DNA of 64,000 nt from Eukaryota sp. GEM-RC1 (taxonomy: Eukaryota). The notes below the pieces were generated by a model that saw only the letters and a program-made list of their open reading frames with translations, did no database searches and was not told the origin of the DNA. Of this stretch, positions 1 through 12,898 are shown one piece after another. The stretch lies in contig JAUFOQ010000002.1 in the NCBI GenBank assembly GCA_040285855.1, forward strand, positions 1,798,001 through 1,862,000. Reading direction: 5' to 3'. Within the stretch, counting starts at the first letter, position 1; every line of letters starts with the position of its first letter. The position numbers were made by a program, and so were the translations under genes.

Positions 1-390
1 CGATACAAGCCATATTCGGAGGAAAGATTGTTCATGGAGTCGAATTACCACTAGTGAAACCACTAGTGGAAGAACTGACCACTATTATGGTATCGTGACC
101 ATATGAGCAAATGATAAGTCAAAGCCCTATCATTAATATATGTATTCTTAAGCATCTGTGAGATTCTACGGCAATGAATGTTGCTTTATTGATATCGAGT
201 TCTATGTAGTTTCGTTTTCTATCTCAACGTTTCTGTTCTACAAAGTACTCATTATAACTATTCTCCAATTCCATTCAAAGGGGGAGCTTTACATGACATC
301 AATTGACATCAACACGAATAAAATGAATTGTACCAAAAGTATCAGTATACAACAAAACTGTGAAAGTTCGGTTACAAATATTCTCTTCAA

Positions 391-1200
391 ATGTCCCCTG
401 CTATATATATCGAATTAAACCAAATCTTAACCAGAACAGATCCGAACCATAAGGTTTTGAAACCTATAACTTCAAACGCATCCATAAATACCTTGTTGAA
501 ATCGCTTGTGGATGGCGAAGGGATCCCCCACTTTGTTGGCAGTATATCACAGTTTTTAAGTGATGATGCAATGCCTTCCATGGCTCGGTCTCTTCGAGAC
601 AAAGGTTTTGTTCTTCTAACCAACAGAATTCTAGAAGTAGTGGATCGCTTCCGTTCCTTAAATTTCGATGGAGACAGAAGTAATGTCCTTCCGCTCGGGA
701 ATGATATCACAGTTTCTGATCAAAGCCTTCGAATGGCTCAGCAACTTACCAATGACCCAGCCGCCATATTGCACGATCCATCGATCTAGTGATGGACTTG
801 AGCTCTAACTTCCTAGAGCCTCTTTTCAGCTGAGTTCATCACGGACAAGTCCATGATTGAACTATTGGAAGCCGGGTTAACTTGTGACTATAGTAAAGTC
901 AAAAGGATTATTCATCAGCCAACAGTAGATAGTTTAGCAATTGTTTTGTCTAACCGACAAAAGAGACGTCGTTTGAAGTTGCACATGATACAACAAACAC
1001 TTCAAAAAGCTGAGCAGTTATTTCAGGATTCTTTAATTAGTTGCAGATGCTTTGTACTGAACGTACAATATCGCCAGGTGGCAATTTTGGAATACGTTGT
1101 TCTACAACAATTCAATTACTACTGCTCCAGTTACAACGTACTTTGATACTCCATTCTCTTTACCACAGCGGTAGTTTTCTAAGATTTGTCTTTGAAGAGA
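391..1200 (+). pseudogene. Degenerate coding fragment, possibly from a non-LTR retrotransposon
   Basis: Broken ORFs 391-789 and 853-1146 separated by stops; no catalytic motif recognised; assignment rests on context only. Confidence 0.25.
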
Positions 1201-1391
1201 TATCATAGCAAATGGCTGACTTTAAATGTTGTGAAATTCGGAGTAGTGGAAATTTCTTCCTCTACTGAATAGAACTACACGAGGAAAAGTCATTGTAAAC
1301 ATGGTTGAAATTAAAAAACTAAAATTTAAAAACGGAAACAATGACAGTATCAAAGAATATAAAAGTAAAGTCTACAATCAATCCCAGAAAA

Positions 1392-2447
1392 TCATTTTGA
1401 GAGGTTCCTTCTAATAACACCAACCATAAGATCGATAGTATCCTCCTGGTACCTCAACTTCCAAGTATAATCATTACCTGGAATGAGCGCACTATCTCCT
1501 AAGACAGTTCTGAACTCAAAGATAAACTCACCTCCAATAGAAGCAATCGTTTTTTCCTCGCTGACACGTAAAAACACGTAAAAAAATAATCTTTTCGGGT
1601 TCTAGAGAATCTAATAGAATTCCGTTTTAATTCATCAATTTGGGTTTCTAATTTAGAAATATCTGATAGTCAGCTGCATTTTTCAGTAACTAATGAAGTA
1701 ACACAAACATTCTTAAGTCTTGTAAACAGAAACTTCATTAAAAGAGTTTCCAATTCTTTAACATCGTTTAAAGGAACAAACAGAAACTCATCCCATTGTT
1801 TAAAAGAAAGAGATTCGACAGGAAAAGTACTTAAAATATTTGAAAATTGATCTCCATCAAGTGATTGATTCAAAAAGGATTTTACCAGAGATTGAATGAA
1901 CCACAACTGTGATTGAGTGGAAGTACAGTAATTCGACAGTAATTTCAATCCTTCGTCAGTGATTGCCATCACGTCATCAATCAAAAAGTCTGTAAGCTTG
2001 GGAACAGAAGGGCCAACGAACTCCAAAGCTCTCAAGTCATTTCTTTCATCTGCTGCTTTGATGAATGGTTTTAACCAAGCCCAGGTTACGAGATGAGTTT
2101 TTAGATGGGTTTCAACATGCCCAACTAGTTTGTCTACTTGAAAGTAATGCGTAAGGTAGTAGAAGTCATAGGCATTGTTCTCGTTAAGAATGAATGATTG
2201 TCCATAGAAAGACTTGATGAAAGAAAAGAAATTGAGAGAACTAACAGGAAGATGGGAAAAGTCAATGGGGTTCTCGTCTATCACCAAACTCCAAGAACCA
2301 AAGGGACCGGAAGTAAGTGGAGTGAGCAGCAAGAACAAACTTGTTTACTTCAACAGACTCTTCTCCAAAGGAAATGGTTTGATTAGAGAAAGAAGGTTCA
2401 TCAAGTATGATGGTGAGAGTTTCAGCGGGAGGAAGGGAGAATGACAC
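1392..2447 (-). CDS. BTB/POZ domain protein with possible C-terminal SPRY-like region (frameshifted)
   Basis: ORF 2262-2447 has BTB motif VNKFVLAAHSTYFRSLWFLEF; continues in 1670-2338 (FIKSFYGQ...HYFQVDKL) and 1392-1577 (YTWKLRY...LMVGVI). Confidence 0.7.
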
Positions 2448-3949
2448 GAGGATTGCTCTACACTTTCAGAGAAAGCTTCTTCATACACACCCCTTTTCTG
2501 CCGAAGGACCACATTACGGCATCCATTCAAGAGAACTTGAACTTCTTCTGCGGCCAAATACATAGATAATTAAGACCGTTGGTAAGTTTCAGGCTTTTTT
2601 CCAAATGGGTAACTCTCTATAGTGGTCTGGATGGGAACCAGAATTAAGGTCACACCTGAGAATACTTCCCTTCTCATTTCTGTTTCACGAACTAACCAAC
2701 AACTTTAATCAAAAAACAAGGGGTTCTTGTTCGTAGAACACGCTCAATTCTCTAACATTGAGTTGACTTCTTATCAGATCAGCCTGTTTGTTTGAGGCTT
2801 GTACCAGGTTCAATGAACTTCTGGACTTTATGTTTGGTGGTATATCAAACTTTGAAGGTCTTCGGTTTACACTCACATACTCGCACATTGATTTGCTTCT
2901 GTCATTTTAATTTGTTTAGAATGTATTTTAAATTTCGAGAGAAATTCTTGAAATTTAACTTCTACCATTATGAAAGCTACGAGTCACTGTAGTAATGCTA
3001 TGACTATGACAAACGACTGAGACTAAATCCTAAACCCCGCTCAAACTCCACTACAAAAACATTTGATACAAAAATCCTAAAAAAGGTTAACGTGGTTTTG
3101 AACAAAGACAATCTTAACGGCTGGTGTCAGATCACCACAGATTTTGAACTGTACTCGCTATTCTCCGGAGAATTCTTTACTTAATTACCAGAAGGGCTTG
3201 TGAAAGGGAGGGAAGAAGATGCTCTTTCCAACGGACTCCTAAAAGCAGCAGAATTCAATTACACGTAGTATCAAATGGTTGAGATTAATTAAGATGCTCG
3301 GTCAGTGCTTTTACAAAAAAATGGATATTTTTCATAATGATATTCATACTTCTCATTTTCATATTCATCTCCATTTTTTTGGTTTCTGAGGCTTATGCCT
3401 TACTTTTGGCTCTTGAAACCTCCAAGAATCACCAAAACACATGCTTTGTAGGTCATATGCTTGATATGTGGAGTAAATCCCTCTTCGGTTTATTTCAAAT
3501 CTACTTCTTGTGTCAATTGTTCTTCTACGACTGAAACATAGTCTCCGGTGTAGCTATATCTGTAGCCCTTGAAGCAAGAAGCTCTTAGCGAATGAAGATG
3601 TAATCGGCTCCGTCTCTAGAAGTGCCGAATCTGCATTGCCTGATCTCCTCCCTACATATATGTTGTATTCATCTTCTTCTGGTGGAGATTTTTTCTTGTG
3701 TTTATATAAATAGGACTCATGTCAACAATTTTGACCGTTTTCCCTGCATTTAACCTTCCATTTCATCATGCCCTTCACTTCTGACGTACTTTTGGCTCTT
3801 GGAACAATCTTCATGTCCCTAAATACTGGATAAAGGAACAGTGAAGTACATACACTTTGAAGATTAGACTGATCGAGTCAGCCATTGCTTTAAGTGTGTT
3901 TTGATATTACTGTGCTAGAACCACGACATCAATCAACGATCTCCGCTCC

Positions 3950-4822
3950 TTCAAAACACACGCTTCGGAAGGCACTCGAGTGCGTGCTTGCGCTGCTTAC
4001 TTTTTCATCAAGAAGAAATTGCTCGCACTTATAGCGTATCACAATCTACTGGTTCTCGATGGCTGAAAGATTGCCTTGATTCTGATAAAGCTGAAACTCG
4101 TGGAAGGAAGAAACTATTTACTGATGATGAAGTATCGACACTCTTGGAAGTTGTGAAGACTTCGCCATTGATATTTTTGCATGAAATTCAGCGAATCGCA
4201 CACACCTACTTTGGAATGTCGACATCTTTGCCAACACTATGTAGGGTTTTGAAAAGAGATGGATTCAGTCATAAATCAGCGACCTCAATTCTTCATAAAA
4301 CAAAGTTGCAATTGATACTTACTTTTGAACAGAAAATACATGTGCGTGTAGGTTTTGTACTACAGGAACAATTGCTCTTAGTAGACGAAATATCCATTAG
4401 ACCGGAACATTTTCAGCGATTGTTTGGTTGGTCGCCTAAATCTAAGCCTGTGTTAGGAACTAAGAGAAGATTCCCAGAATGCCAACTATCATTGGTAGTC
4501 GCTATAGATGTAAACGGTTACATCACTTCTTTCCTTCAAGAAGGTCACTTTATCCGTCTTGGCTTTGTTGATTTTCGTTCCCATTTCCTATCATCCGGGA
4601 TTATTTCTCGCTGTCCTGCTCGACGTTCTGTCATCGTCTTAGATGGTTGTAACATTCACCGAAGCTTAGATATTTATGAAGCTATAAAAAAACGGGTATA
4701 AAGTATTTTATATAACCCCCGTATTCGCCTGAGTGTAACCCGATTGAGACATTCTTTAGCATGTTACGTGGAAGAATAAGTAATTTGGCACACCAATTTC
4801 CGAGTGCATCTTCGCGGGATTA
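3950..4822 (+). mobile_element. IS630/Tc1-mariner family DDE transposase (frameshifted)
   Basis: HTH (IARTYSVSQSTGSRWLK, RGRKK), D1 LLVDE, D2 IVLDGCNIH; after an A7 shift near 4690 the sequence reads PPYSPECNPIE (4717-4748). Confidence 0.85.
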
Positions 4823-5423
4823 GAATGTTTGTTGATTAGCGCCCGACAATTGTACATTCTCAAAGCTGGATGGAAACAAAGATGTGTTTATCGTTCACCT
4901 TATTTGAGTGACGAACAGCTCTCTGAATATGAATATGTAGAATTCGAGTAATACAATTCTCTAGTAGAGATCTTAGAACAATCAATAAAAGCGCCAACAG
5001 AACCACAAGTTGCTGCTGAAGATAAAAGAATTGAAAGATGTAGACATCAAAAGACGGACAGATATGTGTTTAGAGGTAGATTTGAAGTGATGAAGTACAT
5101 GATGATGGCTATACGAATAAATAAAAGTCTCTCTCAATTGATGCGAATCAGTTACCAAAAATGCTCTTCATTGGTCATGGCAAAGCGGGAGTTTTCTCAT
5201 AGTTTGACCTATAAATTTCCCATATGACAATCTGTCTGTCATGGTAGACCTACCTGATGCCGTAAAATCAGTGTATTAACAGCATCGTCAAGACCAATGT
5301 CATCTATACGTAGTTCTCTTTGGTAATAAACTGTCGTGTTTGGCGTTCTTTTGACCTTCTGAAACTGGAAATTTGACCTTCACATTCTAAATTGGATTCC
5401 AGTTTGTGATCACACTTTTATCA

Positions 5424-7118
5424 ATGAAGGACGAAGGATCATCTGGAATAGTCTCTAACGGCCTGTCTTTGGCTAATACCATTATTGGTGCTGGAACCGT
5501 CGCTGTTCCAGCTGCCGTTGCTGCATGGGGTTATGGTGGTGCTTTTGTTGGCGTCATTATAGTTGTTCTTCTCTCTATCTATACTATTGACACACTTGTG
5601 GGTGCTGCTGTTGAAAAACAGAAATACACCTTTCAATCTCTCGCTGTTGCTGTTCATTCTCAAAAGCTTGGTGCTATCGTAGCTGGTGCAGTTGCTCTGT
5701 TTGGTTTCGCTGTAACCATCTCTTATTCAGTTCTCGTAGCTGACTCTCTACCCCCAGTACTTTCAAAGATCTCTGGTGTAGCCGTAGGTGAAGTTTGGTT
5801 CACCAATCGATACATGCTATCTATCATTGTCTCCATTGTCGTGTTCGCTCCTCTATGTGTAATGCCTACCCTATCTGGCCTTCGTTATGCTTCAGCCTCC
5901 ACTATCCTCTCTGTACTCTATCTAGCTGGTCTAATCTTTGTAGCATATCTAAAGAAGACCTTTGGTACTCCCCCTATTCGAATCTCCTGAAGAACCTGTT
6001 ACTGAGTTCCTCCATTTATCAGAAAGATCTTGGACTGGGCTTTCTGTTCTTGGTTTCGCTTTCTGCTGTCAACTTAATGCTCTTGTATGTTTCTCTTTGT
6101 TAACTATTAACCATAGACTGCTTTTAAAGAACTGAAGGACAGATCTGAAGCTAAGATGCGTATTGTTGGTAGAATTGCAGTTTTCACCGCTCTCTTTGTT
6201 TATTCTCTAATTGCAATTGGAGGGTATGGTCTGTATGGAAATGCAGTAACTGGAAATGTTCTGAATAGTTTACCTTCTGAGAATACCTATGTATTTGTGG
6301 CTAATTTTGGAATCGTACTAGTTGTTCTATGCTCTTACCCCTTCGCTATGTTCCCTTTCAAAGCAGAAGGCATAGCTCTAATTGAAGAGTATCTTACTGT
6401 GAGAAAGTTAGAAAGGGAAGGAAAGACTAGAGTCACCACTGAACCTAAGTCGGAGTCCTCCTCTAAAGCAGCTTCTGAACTTCCTATCTACGAGGAGGAG
6501 ATTGGCTCTATTACTGGATCTACTGGTCGTGTTGAAGAGGAATCAGATGACTCTGACACTCCGTTAGATGTTGGTTATAAGAAGGAGAGATCTAGAAGTG
6601 ATTCTTTGAAGAAGATTGCGTCTGTATCTGCAATGGATTCACTTATTAACGATGATTCTTCCACATCTGATGAAGAAGATGAAGGTGACGTTATCAAGCT
6701 TCGTCGTAGATCGTCAGCAATGGATTTAGTTAGAAAGATGTCTAATGCAGTCAAAAACTCTGGTTTAAAAACTGATGAGATCTCTATTGCTCTAGATAAC
6801 AACGATGATGATGACGAAACAGTTGAAAATCAAGTCGAAGAACGTGTCAAGTTATCGTCAACTGTTAAGTTTTGGTATTCGATCGTTGCTGTTATTATCT
6901 CTACATCTCTTTCTCTATTGTCTGATAATGTTGAGGCAGTGTTTGGATTAGCTGGATCATTTTTGGCGGCAATTTCTGTTTATATCTTCCCACCTGCCGC
7001 TTATCTTTTGTGTGGTAGACAACATTCTATTGCAACAAAGGTCAAGTGTTATTTGGCTATTAGTTTAGGGTTGGTGATTGGAGTCTTTGGGACTTATACC
7101 TCAATTAGAAGCTTTTAG
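5424..7118 (+). CDS. Amino acid transporter, AAAP/SLC38 family
   Basis: LANTIIGAG motif and multiple TM helices; one-base shift at the C run near 5970; 32-nt intron 6085-6116 (gtatgt...ccatag) joins GFAFCCQLNAL to TAFKELKD. Confidence 0.9.
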
Positions 7119-7453
7119 ATTTTCTGTTTATCGTTTTCTTCTTCTACTGGTGTTGTTTTAGTTTTATAAAACAATTGTTTCATTCGTTTTATTTGAGAGC
7201 TCGTGATGTTTAAATTTCTAAAATATATTTGTGTTCGGTTGTTAAGATCAAAACCTTTAGAGATTGACAGAATCTTTCCTATATCAATGATAATGGTAGC
7301 TTTCAATTTGAGTTCTGTCAATTGACGGTTCATTAATACTATATTGTTCCACTTTGCGGTTTTGCTCTCTTATACAGATGGAAACTCTACAAACAAACTA
7401 CTGTGAATAAACAAGTTCCCAAATACAGCCATCAGTTTATCAAATCTACACTT

Positions 7454-8890
7454 TCACATACAATATTGAATCACAAAAGGGGATGTCAAAACATTTAAAC
7501 TTTTCGATTCTAATTCAATTAGTAATTCGGTATTGGATTTGTCTGTACAATTGATTTCAAGCACTTTCTTGAGGTTTTTTCGTTGCATTTCTTCTAGTAA
7601 TTGATAAGTTTCAAATAGATTTCCCGAATTTACACTAAGAGATCCAGAAATTAAACCAGAAATCTTTTCCTTGGCATTAGAAACTAATTCTTGAAGTACA
7701 AGAAAACCCTTATGGGATTCCAAAGAATTTGCAGGTAAACTTTCTTTAAAAACACCTAAAGTCATGGTCAAACGTTGTTCAAGAATTAAAAGCTCTTCAA
7801 AATTGTCCATGGTCGTTCCCGCAAGAATATCAGGATGATCTAAGTAATTTGTTGTTTCTTTCCACGAATCTTCTTCAACAATAACTGTCTCTTTAGAATA
7901 ATGATCGTCAACGTGATCTTGATGACGTGATGATTGTGATCTAGTTCTACTAGCAACTGGTTCTTTAGAATAAGTAGAATTGCCAGAGGTTTTGGAATTT
8001 TGTCTTTCAAGAGCTATCATCCGATTAATAGCAGCTTTAGTGTTTTTATAAAGTTTTGAATTAGCTTTAAATGCTTCTATTACTGCAGATCTGTTGAGTG
8101 AAGGAAAATCTTTAAACAAACGTTCAAGATCTTGAGTGTCACGAACACTCATAAAGTCACTATCTACTGAAAAGGAGTTCTTCTGAGAATTCTGTGAAGA
8201 ATGACTGGTGGAAGGATTGGAAGGTTGGTAATTCTTCGAAGGATGGTGATGGGCACTTTGACTTGATATAGAAGAATTCTGTGTTATTTTGAGAGTGTTG
8301 AGACGAATTTCTGCCAGGTCTTTGTTGAACCCTTTTTCCTTATAGACGCTCCAAATAGTCTCCTTGTCAATAAACCGTGAGTACTTGTCATTTAGACTCT
8401 GAATCTCTCGGTTTCTTTGATCGGCTAGTCCACGGGCAGTCTTCTTGTCCTTCGTAGTATAGAGAGTTTGAACATATTCAGCAGGAAGAAATTGGTGTAA
8501 CCTTGTCAAAGCTTCTAACTCACGAGAAGAGCCGTGAGACGCTGCCTTTCGGGTAGAGGATCCAAAGCCTTGTTGTTGTTGAGTTCTGGTTTGATCAAAG
8601 TTCCGGGGACTGAGTTGGTCAGAGATGTAAACAGATGCTCTGTTTAAATCAAACTTGCACACTGCAAATTTAGTCCAAAGATCATCAGCGGGAATTTGAG
8701 AAAAAGTTTCGGAAAGGCGATTCAAATCAACTGCATGACGAGTGAGTGTCGATTCAGCAGTAACGGGATCAATATTAAAGACACGTCGAATATGACTGGA
8801 AGGAAGGTTGGGAAAGGACTGTTGTAGATGCTCTATAGGAGACGATCCACCAAAGAATGATTTGACTTTCTGTGGGATCCAACTGCTCAT
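7454..8890 (-). CDS. Multi-CUE-like (ubiquitin-binding) repeat protein, paralogue A
   Basis: Repeated LxxxFPxL..I motifs (LQQSFPNL, LFKDFPSL); C-terminal third nearly identical to 21451-22869. Confidence 0.6.
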   Translation of the reverse strand: MSSWIPQKVKSFFGGSSPIEHLQQSFPNLPSSHIRRVFNIDPVTAESTLTRHAVDLNRLSETFSQIPADDLWTKFAVCKFDLNRASVYISDQLSPRNFDQTRTQQQQGFGSSTRKAASHGSSRELEALTRLHQFLPAEYVQTLYTTKDKKTARGLADQRNREIQSLNDKYSRFIDKETIWSVYKEKGFNKDLAEIRLNTLKITQNSSISSQSAHHHPSKNYQPSNPSTSHSSQNSQKNSFSVDSDFMSVRDTQDLERLFKDFPSLNRSAVIEAFKANSKLYKNTKAAINRMIALERQNSKTSGNSTYSKEPVASRTRSQSSRHQDHVDDHYSKETVIVEEDSWKETTNYLDHPDILAGTTMDNFEELLILEQRLTMTLGVFKESLPANSLESHKGFLVLQELVSNAKEKISGLISGSLSVNSGNLFETYQLLEEMQRKNLKKVLEINCTDKSNTELLIELESKSLNVLTSPFVIQYCM

Positions 8891-8972
8891 GATGAAAGTG
8901 AAATTTGAATTAATAAAATCTGTCTACTAAAGTAGGTCTAGGTTAGGTCGGGTCACAACCTGTTTCAGTGTA

Positions 8973-10079
8973 ATGTCAGACATCAATTCACCACTCCTTA
9001 GTCACTTTCCATCATCAAACTATTCAATCAATGGTTCCTTAGCTAATCCTGGGTTCTCAAAGTCCCACTCTTTTCTTGGTTCATTTATAGTCTACTTCAA
9101 CGACACCAAAGGTAACACACTTCTATGCAGTCGACCCACCCCTCCGATTCCTGTCCCTTACTTAGAGTACTCAGCCATCCCATCTTCTTTTCATAAATCA
9201 TCTGTCTCCTCTGATTGGACACTCTTTTCCCACGAAAACCTCTATGTAATTACCGCTTTTAGTACAGTTGACAGTATCGATGCTCCCAGGTCAGTCATCA
9301 CCGCTTCTGTTGGTCTTGTTTCTAACTCAATCCCCTTCCTACTCTCTCAAGTTCCTCTTCTGCTACCACTCTCTCGTAGAATTGCAAGGTCACTGACGTC
9401 CTTTCTTATGTCATCTGACACGTGTCAATCTGAGCTAGAGAATCTCCAAGACCACCTCCAACCCCCTCAGTCCCTTTTCTCTTTGACTTCTTCCTTGTTT
9501 TCTTCAGTTAAAGTTTTTGGTCCCAAAACAACGATGTTGAGGAAGATGTTGTTGTGTCGATTGAGGATTGTCTTTGTTCTGAATTCAGATAAATTATTGA
9601 TTTCTGAATTATTAAAAATTTGTTTGGGTATATATTTACTGAGTGCATCAAGTAATCCTCGAGTTGCAAATTTAAAATTTTTGGGAAATATTTGTCTGCC
9701 CGATATTAACAGAATTAGTAATTTGAATAGTTTCATTTGCTGCACGACTGAAAAATTGCTTAAAGATGTTAACTTTTCTAGCAAGTTTGATGTGATTGTC
9801 AATGTTACTCCAAAGAAACTTTCTTTTAATTCTTCAAAGTCATTCAATCCTACAGTTTCGGATGAATTATTATTTGAATTTTTAACGGATTGTAAGTATT
9901 CGAGTATTTTTGAATTGAATAATGACTTATTTGAAATTTTTGAATCGGAGTGTGTCGTGTCCAGTGATTTGCCTCTCTATGGTCTTGGAAAGAAAGATTT
10001 ACAATTTGTTGAAGATTTTGTGAATGTTTATGATCAAGATTTCCAGATAATCAAAAAGCGGTGTTGTTGTTGCTGTTGA
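8973..10079 (+). CDS. DENND11/LCHN-like DENN-domain protein
   Basis: FIVYFNDTKGN...LEYSAIPSSFH...DW pattern; ends in KKRCCCCC. Confidence 0.65.
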   Translation: MSDINSPLLSHFPSSNYSINGSLANPGFSKSHSFLGSFIVYFNDTKGNTLLCSRPTPPIPVPYLEYSAIPSSFHKSSVSSDWTLFSHENLYVITAFSTVDSIDAPRSVITASVGLVSNSIPFLLSQVPLLLPLSRRIARSLTSFLMSSDTCQSELENLQDHLQPPQSLFSLTSSLFSSVKVFGPKTTMLRKMLLCRLRIVFVLNSDKLLISELLKICLGIYLLSASSNPRVANLKFLGNICLPDINRISNLNSFICCTTEKLLKDVNFSSKFDVIVNVTPKKLSFNSSKSFNPTVSDELLFEFLTDCKYSSIFELNNDLFEIFESECVVSSDLPLYGLGKKDLQFVEDFVNVYDQDFQIIKKRCCCCC

Positions 10080-10377
10080 CTCTTTATCATTTTGTGATGT
10101 ATATATTTTTTTGTATAGTTTGCTTCTTTAAGGTTAGTTTCTTTTTCTTTCAATGCCTCGTGATAGAGTGTTTTTATTGAGTTCTATTTCTATTCTTTTG
10201 TCAATTGGGTTTCATTTCAGCGGGATTGAAGATCCTTTGTCCAATTGATAAACCTGTAAATCTTACTCTATTGTGCATTTCAATTCGCAATTAAATTCCA
10301 ATATACCTTAAGACTTATAGATTTCAACTTAGAGAGTCCTTCTTAAGAACAATAAATCTTTATTTACACAAAACTAT

Positions 10378-10908
10378 CTACATATCATCATAATGATATT
10401 CTGGGATATACACCTGTTCTGGAGCTGTACCAGACAAATAAGCATCAGAAGAATACATCTGACTATCAACAGTTCCCGAACTTCCTTGATTACCTAACAC
10501 AGGATTCCTCCTAGCTGCAGCCAGAGCACGGAAGAACTTGGGCATGAATAGTCCACTGCCACCCCTGACGAAGGAAGCCTTGAACTTCAGTGTAAGATGA
10601 TCATTGAGAAGAGCAACACCAGTAAGGTTATTAGCACCAAAGATTGGTTGTTGGAAAGCTTCATTTGAAAGACAGGCTAGAGGTACGATAACAGAGCGTA
10701 TTTCACTACCGATGGTAACAACATCCAGGTATAATCGCTGAGTAGTTAAATAGATGGAACCTCTGCATTTTGGAAAAGAAGAACCAATTGTATATTTGTA
10801 TTCTATGTCAACATCGTGGACTTTGTGGATGAAGATTTCATCACTGTGAAAGAAGGGACCATCAGCTGATGACAGAGGGAAATCTGGAAGAAGTAGCGGA
10901 CCAGACAT
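10378..10908 (-). CDS. WBP2-like GRAM-domain protein
   Basis: GSIYLTTQRL and FQQPIFGANNLTG motifs. Confidence 0.8.
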   Translation of the reverse strand: MSGPLLLPDFPLSSADGPFFHSDEIFIHKVHDVDIEYKYTIGSSFPKCRGSIYLTTQRLYLDVVTIGSEIRSVIVPLACLSNEAFQQPIFGANNLTGVALLNDHLTLKFKASFVRGGSGLFMPKFFRALAAARRNPVLGNQGSSGTVDSQMYSSDAYLSGTAPEQVYIPEYHYDDM

Positions 10909-12898
10909 TTGATTGCTTTCAGAATGTGTTTTGTCAAGAGAAAATTAACAGACACACACTTACAAAATTGCCCAGATTCTCCTCCCCCATTCTACTTCTT
11001 GTCCCGTTTTGTCAATCTTTAGCTGCTTCTTCTTCTTCGGGATTTCTCTATATAAACCAACAAGAAATCCTACAAATCCAAATACTAATCCAAATCCTAA
11101 TCAAAACTCAACCACCTGTATCTCTCTTCAACAACACATTTGAAGTCCTCACTTCACACAAGTTAGTGTGGTTTGGGAGACCAATACAATATGATAATAC
11201 AAAGGATTGGATAAAATTCGTATTAATTCTGTATTCTTGCATGATCCAACATGATTTGAGTTGTATATTCTAAAAGTGACTCCCTTTCAGTTTGTACAAA
11301 GATTTCAGAATTGAATATAAAAAATAATTGCATATCATTGTGCATTATTAATCTAGTTTCCGTACTGAAATGCAATTATTTTAAAGGCAAATTTTGTTTC
11401 TTAACATACATACGAGTATCTCTTCATCTTTAAATATATTGTATAAGCAGTGTTTGATTACAAAACAAATTTCCGATGAGAGCAACCATTTCAGCAACAT
11501 GAATATCCCAATGCATAGTGGATGAAAAAGCTACATAATTCAGAAGAACAATCGTATGAATCTCTTACTGTCGATTTGCAGAGAAGTACTTCAAACAAGC
11601 TCTCTGTTTGAAGTGCTGCACTTTAAAGTACATGTCAAAATAATCTTTAATAAACTGAGGTACCAGATGTTTAAATGGTTTAACATAGTACGATTTTTTA
11701 GGACTTTCTTATGTTTCGACATCCAGTGCGCTTTTACCCAGGCTTTAGGTTTTTGGCTAAATTTAATGCGGACCTGTTTAACGATTGGGGAAATAGAGTA
11801 GGAACAGAGTTGTTCAAAAAAAGTCCGGAACTATTACAAGGGTTTGACATTCTTGTAGCTTCTTTAGTGTTTGTTTTTTAGGTAAAGTATATCTCAATGA
11901 AACCCCATAAGATGAAATTGAGTAGAATTTAATTTCTTCTTTCTGAAATAAAGGTAACCATATTTAATAAACTTCGATTAACATTTTAAATTTTTGAAAT
12001 GTTGACAACAAGAGAGGAATACTGATTTGGAGAAGGACAGAGACAGTAAGTAACCGTGGGTCGAAAGAAGCAGATCTTCCAAGAAACGTTCAAGAATGTG
12101 GGATATTTTAAGGAACAGAAGAATCAAAAAGAAACAAAAACTAAAACTCAATATACAAATAATAAACTGGATGCAAATCTTGTTTTAACTTCTTGATTTG
12201 AATGGAATTAACCAAATATGGCGGGGTTTCACCGGCCAGCTAACAAAAATAAAGCTAATTTCTACACAAATACTCCACTCTCTCTTCACTACCATTCATC
12301 CAATGCTCGAACATGTTCATCATGTTCAAACAAGCCATCTTGTTTCGATTCCAATACATTTGACTGGGCACTGTATGACCTTTCTTTTTCCCCTTCAATC
12401 GCTTCTTGACTTCTCCCAGACAATGTTCACTCTTACACTCTAGTAAGCCATGTGGATGAATCCATTCTCTCTTCTCTCTTGATTTGGGCTTTGGGTTGAC
12501 AACCTCAATAGAAGTTTCAAAAACATCTTCATGACATTCTGGACACTTGGACGAAGTGTTTCTCTCATCATTCATAACTGTTAAAAAACCGTTTCTCTGA
12601 AAGAATGAAGTCCAAGTCTTAGTTCTGGATGGTGGACTGTGTTTTAAGTTGGACATTGGCTTCTGACCTAAATCACCAATACATAGTACGATTTTGTCAC
12701 GACTACCGAAAGTTTTTACAATGCTGTTAACCAATTTAGACTCTGTCTTTTGCTTATGGACATGATTTTAGATTTTGTGAATCCTCCATATATGCAAATC
12801 ATAGAAGTCTTTAGTTGCATTGTAGTGAATACATTTAGCCAGAATAAACTTTCTAAATTTATTGTAATTAACAGTTTTGGAATTGTGATCTTCACCTA

